The notes: generated by a model not told the origin, from the sequence alone. Positions 9,714 through 20,949 are shown, numbered from the stretch's first letter. The stretch: DNA of 64,000 nucleotides from an uncultured Acidobacteriota bacterium (GCA_963804995.1 CAWDSK010000003.1:832001-896000); one strand, 5' to 3'. A program made the numbers and translations.

Positions 9714-12700
9714 ATGCGACTTAAGTGTTTCTGGTTCTTATGCTTGGCACTTTTATGGTTAAGCGCAGGCGGCGCACTCTATGGCCAGGAAATCAGGGGA
9801 TCGATTGTGGGGAATGTCACTGATCCTTCTGGCGCAGGGGTCCCCGCTGCTCAAATCACGATCAGGAATGAGGGCACGGGGATCGAAACCAAAGTCACGA
9901 CCGGTGCTGCCGGAACCTATACCGTTCCTGACTTGCTGGCGGGAATCTACTCGGTTACCGCGGTCAAGGAGGGATTTAAGGCCTTCCATGCCACCGGAAT
10001 TCAGCTTCTCTCCGCCCAGACCACACGGCAGGATGTCGTGCTGGAGGTGGGGGCAGTCCAACAAACAGTGGAGATCGTTGCACGAGTGCAACTTGTGCAA
10101 ACGGATTCTCCCACCATCGGGGGCACACTTCAAGTGCGTGAACTGACCGACCTTCCCTTCATTACCACGACCATGGATGGTCTGTTCAACCTGGTGCCAG
10201 GAATGTCCCAGGGGGAGAAGAATGGAAACGCCAACCCCGCCATTGGTGGCGCTCCGTTCCTCGGCTCGAGCAACTTCACCCTGAACGGGATCACCACCAG
10301 CAACCCCGGGCAAGGTGGAGGAGGTAACGTCACCTACATCGGCTCCAACGAAATGATCGCCCAAGCGAACCTGCCTTCGATCGGAACCATGCAGGAGTTC
10401 AAGGTCGATAGCTCGGTGGTAGGCGCCGATGAGCGCTCTCAAACCGCAGTCAGCGTGGTGACGAAGCAAGGAACCAACAAGTTTCACGGCACCGCTTACG
10501 AGTACAACGAGAACAAAGCCACCGCGGCGAACGATTTCGAACTGAACGCCTCTGGCCAAACCCAGAACCCCTTCAACCGGAATCAGTTCGGGGTGAATGT
10601 TGGCGGTCCCATTCTTCGCGATAAGCTCTTCTTCTTCGTGAATTACGATGGGATTCGGGAGATTCATCCTTCGCCCGATGCGGAAAACTTCCCTTCCATG
10701 GCGATGCGCCAGGGGGATTTTTCCGCCATGTGTGATCAGTACAACGGGAGCGGAGTCTGCACCGATTCGAATCCGAACTCTCTCCAAAACGTCCAACTCT
10801 ATAACCCCCTCACGGGTCAGCCCTTCGCCGGGAACATCATTCCCCCGAATATGATCACTTCCCAGGCGAAGATAATGGACGCCTTCATGCCCGCGCTCAC
10901 CGTTCCAACATCTAACCCAAATTCCCTCGGGCTCCCCAATGACCCCGCAAGCAATTGGTACGGCGCCATTCCTCTCCGGTTCGGGACCAACAACGAGCAA
11001 GGCCGAATCGATAGCCAGTTGGGGACGAAAGACTCGGTCGTAGCATTCGCCCAACTGTCACGCGGCCTCCCGTGGTTCTATGGGTACCAAGGTCCGGGGA
11101 ATTACGGTAACTGGGTGAACCATGGTTATAACTGGCTCAACTTCAGTTTGACGGAGACCCACACCTTCGGCTCCGGGATGGTCAATGAATTCCGGGTGGG
11201 GTGGGTGCATGCCTACAGAAATAAGGATGGGCAAAACACAGGTTTTCACCCCTGGGATATTTTCCCCGGAATGCCGCCTTCGGCGAGTCTGAGCGGAGGC
11301 TTGCCCGCCGTCAACCAATCCGGATATCGGGGATTGTACGATGTGGGAGTCGCCACAGGAAGACAAGATACCGTGGACTGGGTTGACAACTTTACGATGG
11401 TGCACGGCCGTCATACCCTCAAGTTCGGGTTCGAGGAAAGCGGGTACAAAGAGTTTGACCAGGGAGGCCTGAGCGGCCAACCGCCTTTGGGCACGATCAA
11501 CTTTTCCGGGCAATGGACCGGCGGCTCAGGATTTCCTGCAGTTGTCGGGACATCCCCCGGAAATGCCTACGCGGATTATCTGCTGGGCTATGCTGACTCC
11601 AGCAGTTACGGAGTCAATACCCAACCTTACCTGACGAGCCGTCAATGGGACGGATACGCACTAGACACCTGGAAGGTTTCGTCGCGCCTTACGGTCAGTG
11701 CCGGTGTGCGGTACATCTATCAAAAGCCCTGGGTATTCCGGGACCATAATGCGACGTTCTTTGATATTGCGAACAACAAGTTGGTCTTGCAGGAAAACTT
11801 GAGTACTGCCACGGCCCCGCCGGGTGCAGATCCCAGAAAATTCGCACTCTATCCCTTCGAAACCACCCAGTCTATCGGGGCTTCGCTCAACTATTTCAAT
11901 GATGACAAGAATAACTGGGCGCCGCGCGTCGGCTTCGCCTTCCGTCCGTCCAGTGACAACCGAACCGTCATCCGCGGCGGGTACGGTGTGTACTACTCCT
12001 TTAACGCGGACTGGGTGGGGTGGAGAGGTCTTCAGTCCATGCCTCCCTGGGGCGCCACCAACTCGTTCTCCAGCAACTTACCCGGGGGGCCAGACCTACC
12101 CGCGGCCGGCTACCAGCCAGACCTCACATTTGCAAATCTCTTTCCCAGCGGCCAGATTGGGGGAATCTCGGCGAACCCCAGCCTCACTGTGCTGGACCAG
12201 AGGCAACTGAATCCTGTCTCGCAGCAGTGGAACTTAACCTTGGAGCGGCAGGTGGGCGAGAACTGGTCATTTCGTGGCACTTATTTGGGTAATTCCACCC
12301 GCCACATGGTGACCGACTTCAATTCCGGGAACAACATCAACGCTCCGGTGGTGCAACAGCCGAATGTGCCGGGCCAAGCCCAGCAGATCTTGCAACCCTG
12401 GAGCAGCATCAACTATTACACGTACTCGGGAATTGACAACTTCAACCAGATGCAATTGGAAATACAAAGGCGCTTCAATCACGGACTGATGTTCCGAACC
12501 GAATATGACTGGACCCGTCAACTGAGCAACGCCAACCCGTATGGGTCTCCGCAAGACCCCCACAATCTGGGCGCCAATTACGGCAATGACCCGCTCGTCT
12601 ATCGGCACAGATTCCTGACCTACTACGTCTACGAGTTGCCGGTGGGCCAGGGTAGAAAGTTCCTGGGCAATATGAACAAGTTCGAGGACGGCGTGCTGGG

Positions 12701-13190
12701 CGGCTGGCGCCTTTCCGGCATCACCACCTATCACAGTGGCGAGCCTGTGACCGCTTTCCTGAGCATCCCCTCAGGCTTCACGGGTTGGTCGGCAACCTGG
12801 CCGGATTGCGTCCCCGGCCAACTTTACTCTCGCGGCTCGGGTCATGACATCATTAACGGAGTTCCTTGGTTTAACCCCGGGGCGTTCGCTCCTCCTCAGC
12901 CTTTTGCTTGGGGGAACGCTCAGCCTATGCAGATGTTTGGTGCGGGCTTCGGGGATTGGGACTTCAGCGTGATGAAGCAGTTTAAACTGCCCAGGAGTGA
13001 GTCGAACAAGTTGGAGTTCAAGGTGGACTTCTTCAACCTTCCCAACCACCTCAATCTGGGTGATCCCAACAATTACATCGCTGACGTACGAGATGGAGGC
13101 CCGGCTTCTCCCAAGACCGGCCAAATACAGAGCGAGGGCAATGGCTATGCGCCACGTCAGATCCAGATAGGCCTTAGGCTGTTCTTCTAA
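9714..13190 (+). CDS. TonB-dependent receptor with N-terminal carboxypeptidase-regulatory-like domain (paralog A)
   Basis: ATG after AAGGAGG; signal peptide; GSIVGNVTDPSGA, VVTKQGTNKFHG, NQFGVNVGGPI, NNWAPRVGFA, C-terminal RQIQIGLRLFF. Confidence 0.95.
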   Translation: MRLKCFWFLCLALLWLSAGGALYGQEIRGSIVGNVTDPSGAGVPAAQITIRNEGTGIETKVTTGAAGTYTVPDLLAGIYSVTAVKEGFKAFHATGIQLLSAQTTRQDVVLEVGAVQQTVEIVARVQLVQTDSPTIGGTLQVRELTDLPFITTTMDGLFNLVPGMSQGEKNGNANPAIGGAPFLGSSNFTLNGITTSNPGQGGGGNVTYIGSNEMIAQANLPSIGTMQEFKVDSSVVGADERSQTAVSVVTKQGTNKFHGTAYEYNENKATAANDFELNASGQTQNPFNRNQFGVNVGGPILRDKLFFFVNYDGIREIHPSPDAENFPSMAMRQGDFSAMCDQYNGSGVCTDSNPNSLQNVQLYNPLTGQPFAGNIIPPNMITSQAKIMDAFMPALTVPTSNPNSLGLPNDPASNWYGAIPLRFGTNNEQGRIDSQLGTKDSVVAFAQLSRGLPWFYGYQGPGNYGNWVNHGYNWLNFSLTETHTFGSGMVNEFRVGWVHAYRNKDGQNTGFHPWDIFPGMPPSASLSGGLPAVNQSGYRGLYDVGVATGRQDTVDWVDNFTMVHGRHTLKFGFEESGYKEFDQGGLSGQPPLGTINFSGQWTGGSGFPAVVGTSPGNAYADYLLGYADSSSYGVNTQPYLTSRQWDGYALDTWKVSSRLTVSAGVRYIYQKPWVFRDHNATFFDIANNKLVLQENLSTATAPPGADPRKFALYPFETTQSIGASLNYFNDDKNNWAPRVGFAFRPSSDNRTVIRGGYGVYYSFNADWVGWRGLQSMPPWGATNSFSSNLPGGPDLPAAGYQPDLTFANLFPSGQIGGISANPSLTVLDQRQLNPVSQQWNLTLERQVGENWSFRGTYLGNSTRHMVTDFNSGNNINAPVVQQPNVPGQAQQILQPWSSINYYTYSGIDNFNQMQLEIQRRFNHGLMFRTEYDWTRQLSNANPYGSPQDPHNLGANYGNDPLVYRHRFLTYYVYELPVGQGRKFLGNMNKFEDGVLGGWRLSGITTYHSGEPVTAFLSIPSGFTGWSATWPDCVPGQLYSRGSGHDIINGVPWFNPGAFAPPQPFAWGNAQPMQMFGAGFGDWDFSVMKQFKLPRSESNKLEFKVDFFNLPNHLNLGDPNNYIADVRDGGPASPKTGQIQSEGNGYAPRQIQIGLRLFF

Positions 13191-13209
13191 TGGTTCGGGG
13201 TAACTGAAG

Positions 13210-13268
13210 GGGAGACACCTGTCTCCCTGTTTTTGAGGGCTACGTTTCGGAAACGGGACGTAGCCCTC
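13210..13268 (+). terminator. Rho-independent terminator plus second hairpin
   Basis: GGGAGAC-ACCT-GTCTCCC then TGTTTTT; GAGGGCTACGTTTCG-GAAA-CGGGACGTAGCCCTC. Confidence 0.7.
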
Positions 13269-13550
13269 TGCGTTGGTCCCGGCAACTGGACGCTGCTACC
13301 CTCAGGACCACCGCAATAGACATTGTTTGTTGCGCACCAGCCTCAGGGGGTAAAATCCCGACGTATGGTGGAATTTGCACAGGCAACTGACACGGATTGA
13401 AGTATCCTTAAAGTGACGGAAGAGCAAGCTGAGGATTCGAGGGATTTATCATCAAGTGGAACCCCGCGTGGAGGCCCCCATCTTCACCACTTTTCTGGCG
13501 TACAGCTTAATACCTCTTCCGAACCTAATTGATAATATGGGAGGCGAAAC

Positions 13551-14957
13551 ATGGCAAACCGGAGAGAGTTTCTGACATCAATCGCTGCCGCAGCGTCCGC
13601 GGCTACGGCCCCAGGGGGAGCGCTCCTGGCAGCCCGGATGCCCGCCGGAGCGTCATCCCCTGGCTCATCGGCGGTAGCAGGCAGCCCGGCCGCACTCGCC
13701 ATTAACGGAGGAAAGCCGGTGCGCGAGGCCCCGCTGTTTGGCGGCGGATGTGGCATCGGGACGGAGTATTACGATGTGGAGGAGCGGGCCCGCCTGGTGG
13801 AGGTATGGGAATCGCATAACCCCTTCCGCTGGTACGGGTCCGGCTCCCAAGAGCCCCTGCAATGCGCAACCTTTGAGAAGGAGTTCGCCGAGCGGATGCA
13901 CCGCCGCTACGTGCTGGGGGTTACCTCGGGGACGGCCGCGCTCATTGTCGCGGTGGCGGCTCTTGGCATCGGCCCGGGCGACGAAGTGATTCTCCCGGCG
14001 TGGACGTGGTATTCGTGTTACGACGCCATTGTTCTGGCGGGCGCGCTGCCGGTCTTTGCCGAGGTTGACCGGTCATTGAATATCGACCCTGACGACATTG
14101 AACATCGTATTACACCCCATACTAAAGCCATCATGGCGGTGCATCTGGAAGGCTGTCCCGCCGATATGGACAGGATCCTGCCCATCGCCCGCAAACACGG
14201 AATCAAGGTGCTGGAAGATTGCGCGCAGAGCCTGGGGGCAAGCTACAAGGGCAAGCCGGTGGGTTCGATGGGGGACGTCGGCATCTACAGCTTCCATTAT
14301 TGCAAAACCATCACTTCCGGCGAGGGCGGCGCCGTGGTAACCGACGACCCGATCATCTACGAGCGCGCCTGCCGTTTCCACGATTTGGGGCCGCTGCGGC
14401 CGACCCTTGAAAAGCGGCTGGGAGGGTCGAAGGTCGCTGGTTTTGCCGGGGCGCAATTCCGCATGAGCGAGTTTACCGGAGCGGTTCTGGTCGCTCAGAT
14501 GCGCAAGCTTGACACCATCGTCGCTGCCATGCGCAGGAATGGGCGCCGGGTCTTCGAGGCCCTCCACGATTTGCCCGGCGCTCACTATCGGCATCTGCCC
14601 GACCCCGAGGGTGATCTGGCACAGAGAGTTTATCTGGAATTTCCCAGCCAGCAACTTCGTGACCGGTACGTCCGGGCGATGAAGGCGGAAAATGTTCCGG
14701 CTAACCGTCCCAGCGGCTCGGAACTCCTCCCCCTCGATCCTATCGTCGAGAAAAAGGCTACGGCGCATCCGGCTTGGCCGTCCTTCACATCGCCTCGCGG
14801 GAAAGCCATCCGTTACGGGGCTGAGGCTTGCCCGCGAACCATCGACATCCTCAATCGGTTCGCATCGGTTTGGATCGGTCCCAAGTTCACCGAGCAGGAT
14901 ACTCAAGACATCGCCACGGCCATCAAGAAAGTTTATCCGGCTATTGTGAACTCGTAA
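13551..14957 (+). CDS. DegT/DnrJ/EryC1/StrS PLP sugar aminotransferase with Tat signal peptide
   Basis: NRREFL; SGTAAL, GPGDEVI, LEDCAQSLGA, YSFHYCKTITSGEGGA (PLP Lys). Confidence 0.92.
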   Translation: MANRREFLTSIAAAASAATAPGGALLAARMPAGASSPGSSAVAGSPAALAINGGKPVREAPLFGGGCGIGTEYYDVEERARLVEVWESHNPFRWYGSGSQEPLQCATFEKEFAERMHRRYVLGVTSGTAALIVAVAALGIGPGDEVILPAWTWYSCYDAIVLAGALPVFAEVDRSLNIDPDDIEHRITPHTKAIMAVHLEGCPADMDRILPIARKHGIKVLEDCAQSLGASYKGKPVGSMGDVGIYSFHYCKTITSGEGGAVVTDDPIIYERACRFHDLGPLRPTLEKRLGGSKVAGFAGAQFRMSEFTGAVLVAQMRKLDTIVAAMRRNGRRVFEALHDLPGAHYRHLPDPEGDLAQRVYLEFPSQQLRDRYVRAMKAENVPANRPSGSELLPLDPIVEKKATAHPAWPSFTSPRGKAIRYGAEACPRTIDILNRFASVWIGPKFTEQDTQDIATAIKKVYPAIVNS

Positions 14958-15048
14958 GCGCTTGATGGAGCGCTCCCATCCATCAGCAGGGGCGGCTCGC
15001 CGTCCTCACCAACCAGCGTGGCAGGTTGGGGCATGATGGCTCGCCAGG

Positions 15049-17259
15049 TTGTTTATGGAGGGATTTATCAAAATCCCAATTGCATGGCTAACCGGCGGCC
15101 GGGGTGTCCTTACCCTGCGACTGTGTGGGCGCTCGCGATCACTCCACTTCCCCACCCTTCTGGCGCTGGCGGCAGTTCTCCTGATCTTCCCTCGCGGTCC
15201 TGCCTTGGCCGAAGATTCGAGGCCTGCCTCGGTCATCCTCATTTCCGTTGACACCCTGCGCGCCGATCATCTGGGATGCTACGGCTATCGGGCTCTGCCC
15301 ACCCCACACATCGACGCGATGACGGCCGGCGCCACTTTGTTCTGGAACATCAGCTCCCAGGTTCCGCTGACTCTGCCCTCGCACGTCTCGCTGCTCACCT
15401 CCACCTACCCGTTTTCGAATGGCGTGGAAGACAACGGAGAAGTCCTGGCGCCGGGTGCGGTGACGCTGGCGGGCTTGCTGAGATCTCGCGGGTACCGGAC
15501 AGCGGGGTTTGCAGGGGGGTTCACTCTTGACCGCAGATTTGGGGTAGACCAGGGTTTCGACTTCTACGACAGTCCTTTCGACCTCAACCCCCGGCAAGAC
15601 ATCGACCAGCTTGACCTGAAACGTCCCGCCGAGGAAGTAACCCGGAGTGCGCTGCATTGGTTACAGAACAATTCAGAGCATCCGTTTTTCCTTTTCCTGC
15701 ACCTTTACGACCTCCACAAGCCTTACCGCATCACGCCGGACATCCGCACTCGATTCCAGGGCCGCGAATACGATGGCGAGCTCAGCTATGTCGATGCGAC
15801 TCTGGGGGACTTCTGGGCGTTCCTCACGTCCAAGGGCCTGCTCGATAGGAGCTTGATCATCTTTCTCTCGGACCATGGCGAAAGTTTGGGAGAGCACGGC
15901 GAGCGGACACATGGCTACTTCATCTATGAAAGTACGCTGCGAGTGCCGCTGATCATTCGTTGGCCCCGGGGGAGCGCGCCTTTCCCCTCGCGCGTCAACC
16001 CTGCGGCCAGCTTGCTCGATGTGGCGCCCACCATCCTGCAATTCCTGGGTGTTCCCGCGCCACCTCAATTTCAGGGGCGGAGTCTCCTGGAATTGTTGGA
16101 CCAGAAGATGCCGCCCACTCCTCGCGAGGTATACAGCGAAACCCTGTATGCCCATTATCATTACGAATGCGCCGCAATGCGCAGCTTGAGGGTCGGAGAT
16201 TACAAGTACATCGACGCTCCCCAGCCGGAATTTTACGATCTCGGCGCCGATCCTGGGGAACGGACTAATCTCTCCGCGCGGTCGACCTCCCTTGCCCTTG
16301 CCTACCGCGAGCGCTTGCAACATCTGCGCACCCGATTTGCCTCCACCCATCCGGCGCAGCCCAACGCCGTCAGCCCGGAAGTAGCGCGCGCCTTGAGCTC
16401 GCTTGGCTACGTGGCTGCCACGAGCGGCCATGTCGCCGACGATGATTCGGGGCCTGATCCGAAAACCCGGCTGGACGATTACCTGAAGACGGAGGAGGCA
16501 ACCTCACTGGCCATTTCAGGGCAATTGCAGCAGTCGGTGGAAATGCTGAAAGGCGTCCTCGCTAAAGACCCTGATCTAATCGACACGCGAAACCTTTTGG
16601 GACTGTTCGAACAGAAGCTGGGCAGCGCGGAGGATTCAGCCGAGAGCTTCCGGAAAGTGCTGGAGCGCGAACCGTTCAACCTCATGGCCCATTACAACCT
16701 GGGGATCCAATACTTCCAGCTCCATCGGCTCGATGACGCCGCCAGGGAACTTCAGGCGACCCTGACGATCGGGTCAGCTCGAGGCACGGCCGCCGACAAT
16801 CTCACCCAGCCGGCAGGGGAGCTCCTCGGAAAAATCTGGATGGAGAAAAAGGACTTGGCGCGGGCCCGCGAGCAATTTAACCATCTACTGACGGCGTTCC
16901 CACGGGATTTTGCCGCTCATTACAACTTGGGTTTCCTCGCCGCCGAGGACAGGAATTGGGGAGAAGCGACGCAACAGCTCGGCGCCGCGCTGGAAATTGA
17001 GCCGAACAATCCTCAGGCCCACAATGCGCTGGGCACGGTCTATCTCAACAAGGGGAACTTGACGGAAGCGCGCGCCGAGTTCAGCCTGGCCACCAAGTTG
17101 GAACCCAAGTATGCGCAGGCCCATTACAACCTCGGCTTGGCTTTAAACAAGAGTAAGATGAGGGATGAAGCCGCCCGCGAGTTCAGAAAGGCACTGGAAG
17201 CTGATCCCAAGTTCCTCCCAGCGCGAAAGGCCCTGGACGAAATGACGCACGGCGAGTAG
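15049..17259 (+). CDS. Sulfatase-like hydrolase fused to C-terminal TPRs (start uncertain)
   Basis: ILISVDTLRADHLGCYG, PLTLPSH, LSDHGESLGEHGE, LRVPLII; about 7 TPRs. Confidence 0.9.
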   Translation: MFMEGFIKIPIAWLTGGRGVLTLRLCGRSRSLHFPTLLALAAVLLIFPRGPALAEDSRPASVILISVDTLRADHLGCYGYRALPTPHIDAMTAGATLFWNISSQVPLTLPSHVSLLTSTYPFSNGVEDNGEVLAPGAVTLAGLLRSRGYRTAGFAGGFTLDRRFGVDQGFDFYDSPFDLNPRQDIDQLDLKRPAEEVTRSALHWLQNNSEHPFFLFLHLYDLHKPYRITPDIRTRFQGREYDGELSYVDATLGDFWAFLTSKGLLDRSLIIFLSDHGESLGEHGERTHGYFIYESTLRVPLIIRWPRGSAPFPSRVNPAASLLDVAPTILQFLGVPAPPQFQGRSLLELLDQKMPPTPREVYSETLYAHYHYECAAMRSLRVGDYKYIDAPQPEFYDLGADPGERTNLSARSTSLALAYRERLQHLRTRFASTHPAQPNAVSPEVARALSSLGYVAATSGHVADDDSGPDPKTRLDDYLKTEEATSLAISGQLQQSVEMLKGVLAKDPDLIDTRNLLGLFEQKLGSAEDSAESFRKVLEREPFNLMAHYNLGIQYFQLHRLDDAARELQATLTIGSARGTAADNLTQPAGELLGKIWMEKKDLARAREQFNHLLTAFPRDFAAHYNLGFLAAEDRNWGEATQQLGAALEIEPNNPQAHNALGTVYLNKGNLTEARAEFSLATKLEPKYAQAHYNLGLALNKSKMRDEAAREFRKALEADPKFLPARKALDEMTHGE

Positions 17260-17439
17260 GGCCGTTAGGGTGGCACGACGGATATCCCACCCACGCGTAT
17301 TCCAAGTACACCCCGAGGGTCACCTTGACGCTCGGCATCTGAGAACAAAGTCGCATGCGCTAATTATCACCCATGCGAATCTGTGGGTAGGTAATAGGTA
17401 ACTGGTGTCCCTACCCCAACTGAATCATAGGAGGTCGTC

Positions 17440-18975
17440 ATGATAAGGAAGACTCGGTTCGGATTTCTCGGCGCGGTCGCGATTCTGACCCTGCAGGTGC
17501 TGTTCGCTACATCCCTGGCCACGGCCACAGTGTGGCACGCCGCCACAGGGGCCAAGGGTTCGGATGCGAATCCGGGCACTGCGGAACGGCCGGTCAGTAC
17601 CGTGGCCAAGGCTGTCTCCCTCGCCAAACCGGGCGACACGGTGGAGTTCTCACCCGGCACTTACCCCTGCTCCCAGGTAACGGTTCCGGATGGCCGCGCG
17701 GACCTGCCCATTCTGCTGCGGCGGGAGGGCAAGGGAAAGGTCATTTTCACCAACAACGGCAGCGGGAACATCCTGGTCGTGGGATCCTACAATACGGTGG
17801 ATGGCATCGAGTTTGAAATGGTCTCGGAGCATCCCCGGGGCGCCGGGATCAAAGTGCTCCGAAAAGAACATGTCATCATTCGTAACTGCCGTTTCTTCGC
17901 CTGCCAAATGGGAGTAAGTACCCGAAGCGCGCACTATCTCAGTATCACCAATTGCGAGATGGCATATTCCGGGGCCTATGGAATTCACATTGACGGCTCA
18001 GGACAGGACGTCCCTGGGCACTTGGATCTGACAGATGAAAACCGCTATGTTGAGGTGCGGAATTGCTACCTCCATGATGCGGGATGGAATACCGATGGCA
18101 CCGAAGGGTACGGATTCACCGCCAACGGCGCGGCGGAATACGTGGTGGTGGAGAACTGCCAGATCGACAACAACTCGGGAGACGGGATCCTGTACGAAGA
18201 CTGGACCGTGCACTCGACCGCGCGTTACAACGTCATCCGGGGGACGGGGATTGCGGCTATCTGGATAGACAACGCTAGCATGTCCATTTTCGACAGCAAT
18301 TACCTGGAGGGAAACAATGTGGGGGTGTGGCTTTCCGGCGAAGAGAGCAGCAACCGGTTCCTGGACGACTTTATTTCCATCCGCAATAACATCATAGTGC
18401 ATAACGACTGGTCTGCGATCGACCCCTCGGTGTATGGGAAAGCGATTTTCCTGATCACTTCAAATACCCGGGACACGTACTTCGACAACAATACCGTGGC
18501 CTTCAATAACTGCGAGCGGGTGGTGGGCGTACGTAAGCCTCCACCGGTAAACGAGTTCCGGAATGTCTGGTTCCGCAACAATATCTTCTGGGGAAACACG
18601 GGGGGCGTCGGCGCGGACCGAGAGGAAGACTTGGGCGGGTTTCGCTTCCTCAACAATCTCTGGGACAAGCCCTACCAGGGGGATGAACAGGCCAAAACCG
18701 GGGACCCACTGTTTGTTGACCCCCAGGCGCATAATCCGGAAGGGTACAAACTCCAGAGCAGTTCCGCGGCGCGGAGCCAGGGAATGCTCCTGTATGAGAA
18801 CCCGCTGGATTTCTGGAACGGCGCGCGGCCGCACCTCTCCAAAACCGAGAAGTACGATGTCGGCGCCCATCAATTCGGCACCACGGGCGCGGCGCACATC
18901 GGGCTTGACCTCACTACTTTCCCGTTCGAGGTGCCGGCCTACCAGCTTCGTTTCAGGGCCAGGCCGAAGCGCTAA
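17440..18975 (+). CDS. Secreted right-handed parallel beta-helix protein (pectin-lyase-like)
   Basis: Signal peptide; GSDANPGTAERP, PGDTVEFSPGTY; repeated IRNC/ITNC/IRNN rungs; DPLFVD and DVGA. Confidence 0.88.
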   Translation: MIRKTRFGFLGAVAILTLQVLFATSLATATVWHAATGAKGSDANPGTAERPVSTVAKAVSLAKPGDTVEFSPGTYPCSQVTVPDGRADLPILLRREGKGKVIFTNNGSGNILVVGSYNTVDGIEFEMVSEHPRGAGIKVLRKEHVIIRNCRFFACQMGVSTRSAHYLSITNCEMAYSGAYGIHIDGSGQDVPGHLDLTDENRYVEVRNCYLHDAGWNTDGTEGYGFTANGAAEYVVVENCQIDNNSGDGILYEDWTVHSTARYNVIRGTGIAAIWIDNASMSIFDSNYLEGNNVGVWLSGEESSNRFLDDFISIRNNIIVHNDWSAIDPSVYGKAIFLITSNTRDTYFDNNTVAFNNCERVVGVRKPPPVNEFRNVWFRNNIFWGNTGGVGADREEDLGGFRFLNNLWDKPYQGDEQAKTGDPLFVDPQAHNPEGYKLQSSSAARSQGMLLYENPLDFWNGARPHLSKTEKYDVGAHQFGTTGAAHIGLDLTTFPFEVPAYQLRFRARPKR

Positions 18976-19041
18976 GCCGGTATCGCCCCGTTCCACGACG
19001 AATCGGCTCGGTCCTCCGTAACATGGATAGGGACAATTGAC

Positions 19042-20949
19042 ATGAAAGAAACAATGAAGAACACCCTGGGGCGTCGAGAATTTATCGACACATTATTGGC
19101 CGGCGGCAGCCTTGCCGGGTTCGGCCTGGGGCGGGACCAGCGGGGCCAGGGCCCGTCGACCGCGGAACATACCTTTGGATGGAAGGGCGAACACTTCCTG
19201 CTGGACGGAAAACCCTTTCAGATAATCTCCGGCGAAATGCACTACGCGCGGGTGCCGCGTGCCTACTGGCGCGACCGCCTGCGCAAGATCAGGGCGATGG
19301 GACTCAACACGGTTTGCACCTATATGTTCTGGAACGTGCATGAGCCGGAGCCGGGCAAATTCAACTTCGAAGGAAACCTGGATGCCGCGACTTTTGTCCG
19401 CACCGCGCAAGAGGAAGGACTCTGGGTCCTGTTAAGGCCTGGTCCCTACTCGTGCGCGGAGTGGGACTTCGGCGGATTTCCGGGCCGCCTGCTTGCGAAT
19501 CCGGACATGAAAGTCAGAAGCCCGGACCCGCGTTTCCTCGAAGCTGCGGCAAGGTACATGCATGAGGTAGGCAAGCAACTGGGGCCACTGCAGATTACGC
19601 GTGGCGGACCCATCCTCATGGTCCAGGTGGAAAATGAGTACGGCTCGTTCGGCAAGGATAAAGTGTATTTGAATGCCGTTCGCCAGATGATTCGCGACGC
19701 CGGCTTCGACGTGACCCTCTACACGTCCGACGGCTCGCAACCCGAGGATCTGAGCGGAGGAACCCTGCCGGAGGCGCTCTCCGCCATCAACTTCGGTGCA
19801 ACCGACAATCCAGCGCCTGAATTCGCCAACTTTGCCAGGTTCCGTCAGAACGTGCCGCGCATGTGCGGCGAGTTCTGGGTCGGTTGGTTTGACCACTGGG
19901 GCGAGCAACATCACGTCATCTCGCCACAGGTTGCGGCCAAGGGACTCGACTGGATGCTCTCCCGTGGCATTTCCGTAAGTCTCTACATGGTGCACGGCGG
20001 CACTTCGTTCGGCTTCATGAGCGGAGCGAACTACAGCCGCGCTTACCAGCCCGACATCTCAAGCTATGATTACGATGCACCTCTCGACGAGGCCGGCCGC
20101 CCCACCAAAAAGTTCTTCGCTTTGGGTGAGGTCATTCGCAAGTACCTGCCGGCCGGAACGAAACTACCTCCTCTCCCCGAGCCTCTGCCCATCATTGCCA
20201 TCCCGCGTTTTGAGCTGAAGGAAAGGTCAGACATAGGTTATCTCCTGGGCCCACCGGTGCAGTCCGAGAGGCCGCGGACGATGGAGGCGCTGGGGCAGTC
20301 CTATGGCTTCATTCTTTACCGCGCGAAGTTGGATAAGGCGATGCGCGGCCGGCTGGTGATCAAGGAGGTAAGAGACTACGCCGTGGTCTACCAAGGAGGC
20401 CGTCGGCTGGGGACTCTGGACCGCCGCCTGCACCAAGCCAGCCTCAACGTGGACTTGGCGACCGGCTACCTGGACATCCTGGTGGAAAACATGGGTCGAA
20501 TTAACTTTGGCCCGCACCTCGTGGACGATCGCAAGGGAATCACCGAACGTGTCACGGTCGATGGCCAGGAACTAACTCCCTGGGAGATGTACCCGCTGCC
20601 GCTCGAAAACCTGTCGTCACTCGCTTTCTCTTCGGTGACTGAAGCGGCGCCGCGGTCCTCCAGCAAAACTCCGACCGGTCCGACATTCTACCGAGGCGCT
20701 TTCGATTTGGATTCGATAGGCGATACTTTTCTCGACATGCGCGGATGGGGCAAAGGATATGTTTGGATGAACGGCCATAACCTCGGGCGCTATTGGCGCG
20801 TCGGCCCGCAGCAGAGCTTGTTTGTTCCCGCCCCGTGGCTGAAGAAGGGCAAGAATGAAGTCATCGTCCTGGATCTTGAGGAAGCCCAAGGGAGGTTGCT
20901 CGAAGGGCGCAAGGAAGCGGTATGGGGAACTCAGGTTAGTGCGGGTTAA
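19042..20949 (+). CDS. GH35 beta-galactosidase with Tat signal
   Basis: GRREFI; SGEMHYARVP, RPGPYSCAEW, GGPILMVQVENEYGS, GEFWVGWFDHWG, SYDYDAPL, NLGRYW. Confidence 0.95.
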   Translation: MKETMKNTLGRREFIDTLLAGGSLAGFGLGRDQRGQGPSTAEHTFGWKGEHFLLDGKPFQIISGEMHYARVPRAYWRDRLRKIRAMGLNTVCTYMFWNVHEPEPGKFNFEGNLDAATFVRTAQEEGLWVLLRPGPYSCAEWDFGGFPGRLLANPDMKVRSPDPRFLEAAARYMHEVGKQLGPLQITRGGPILMVQVENEYGSFGKDKVYLNAVRQMIRDAGFDVTLYTSDGSQPEDLSGGTLPEALSAINFGATDNPAPEFANFARFRQNVPRMCGEFWVGWFDHWGEQHHVISPQVAAKGLDWMLSRGISVSLYMVHGGTSFGFMSGANYSRAYQPDISSYDYDAPLDEAGRPTKKFFALGEVIRKYLPAGTKLPPLPEPLPIIAIPRFELKERSDIGYLLGPPVQSERPRTMEALGQSYGFILYRAKLDKAMRGRLVIKEVRDYAVVYQGGRRLGTLDRRLHQASLNVDLATGYLDILVENMGRINFGPHLVDDRKGITERVTVDGQELTPWEMYPLPLENLSSLAFSSVTEAAPRSSSKTPTGPTFYRGAFDLDSIGDTFLDMRGWGKGYVWMNGHNLGRYWRVGPQQSLFVPAPWLKKGKNEVIVLDLEEAQGRLLEGRKEAVWGTQVSAG

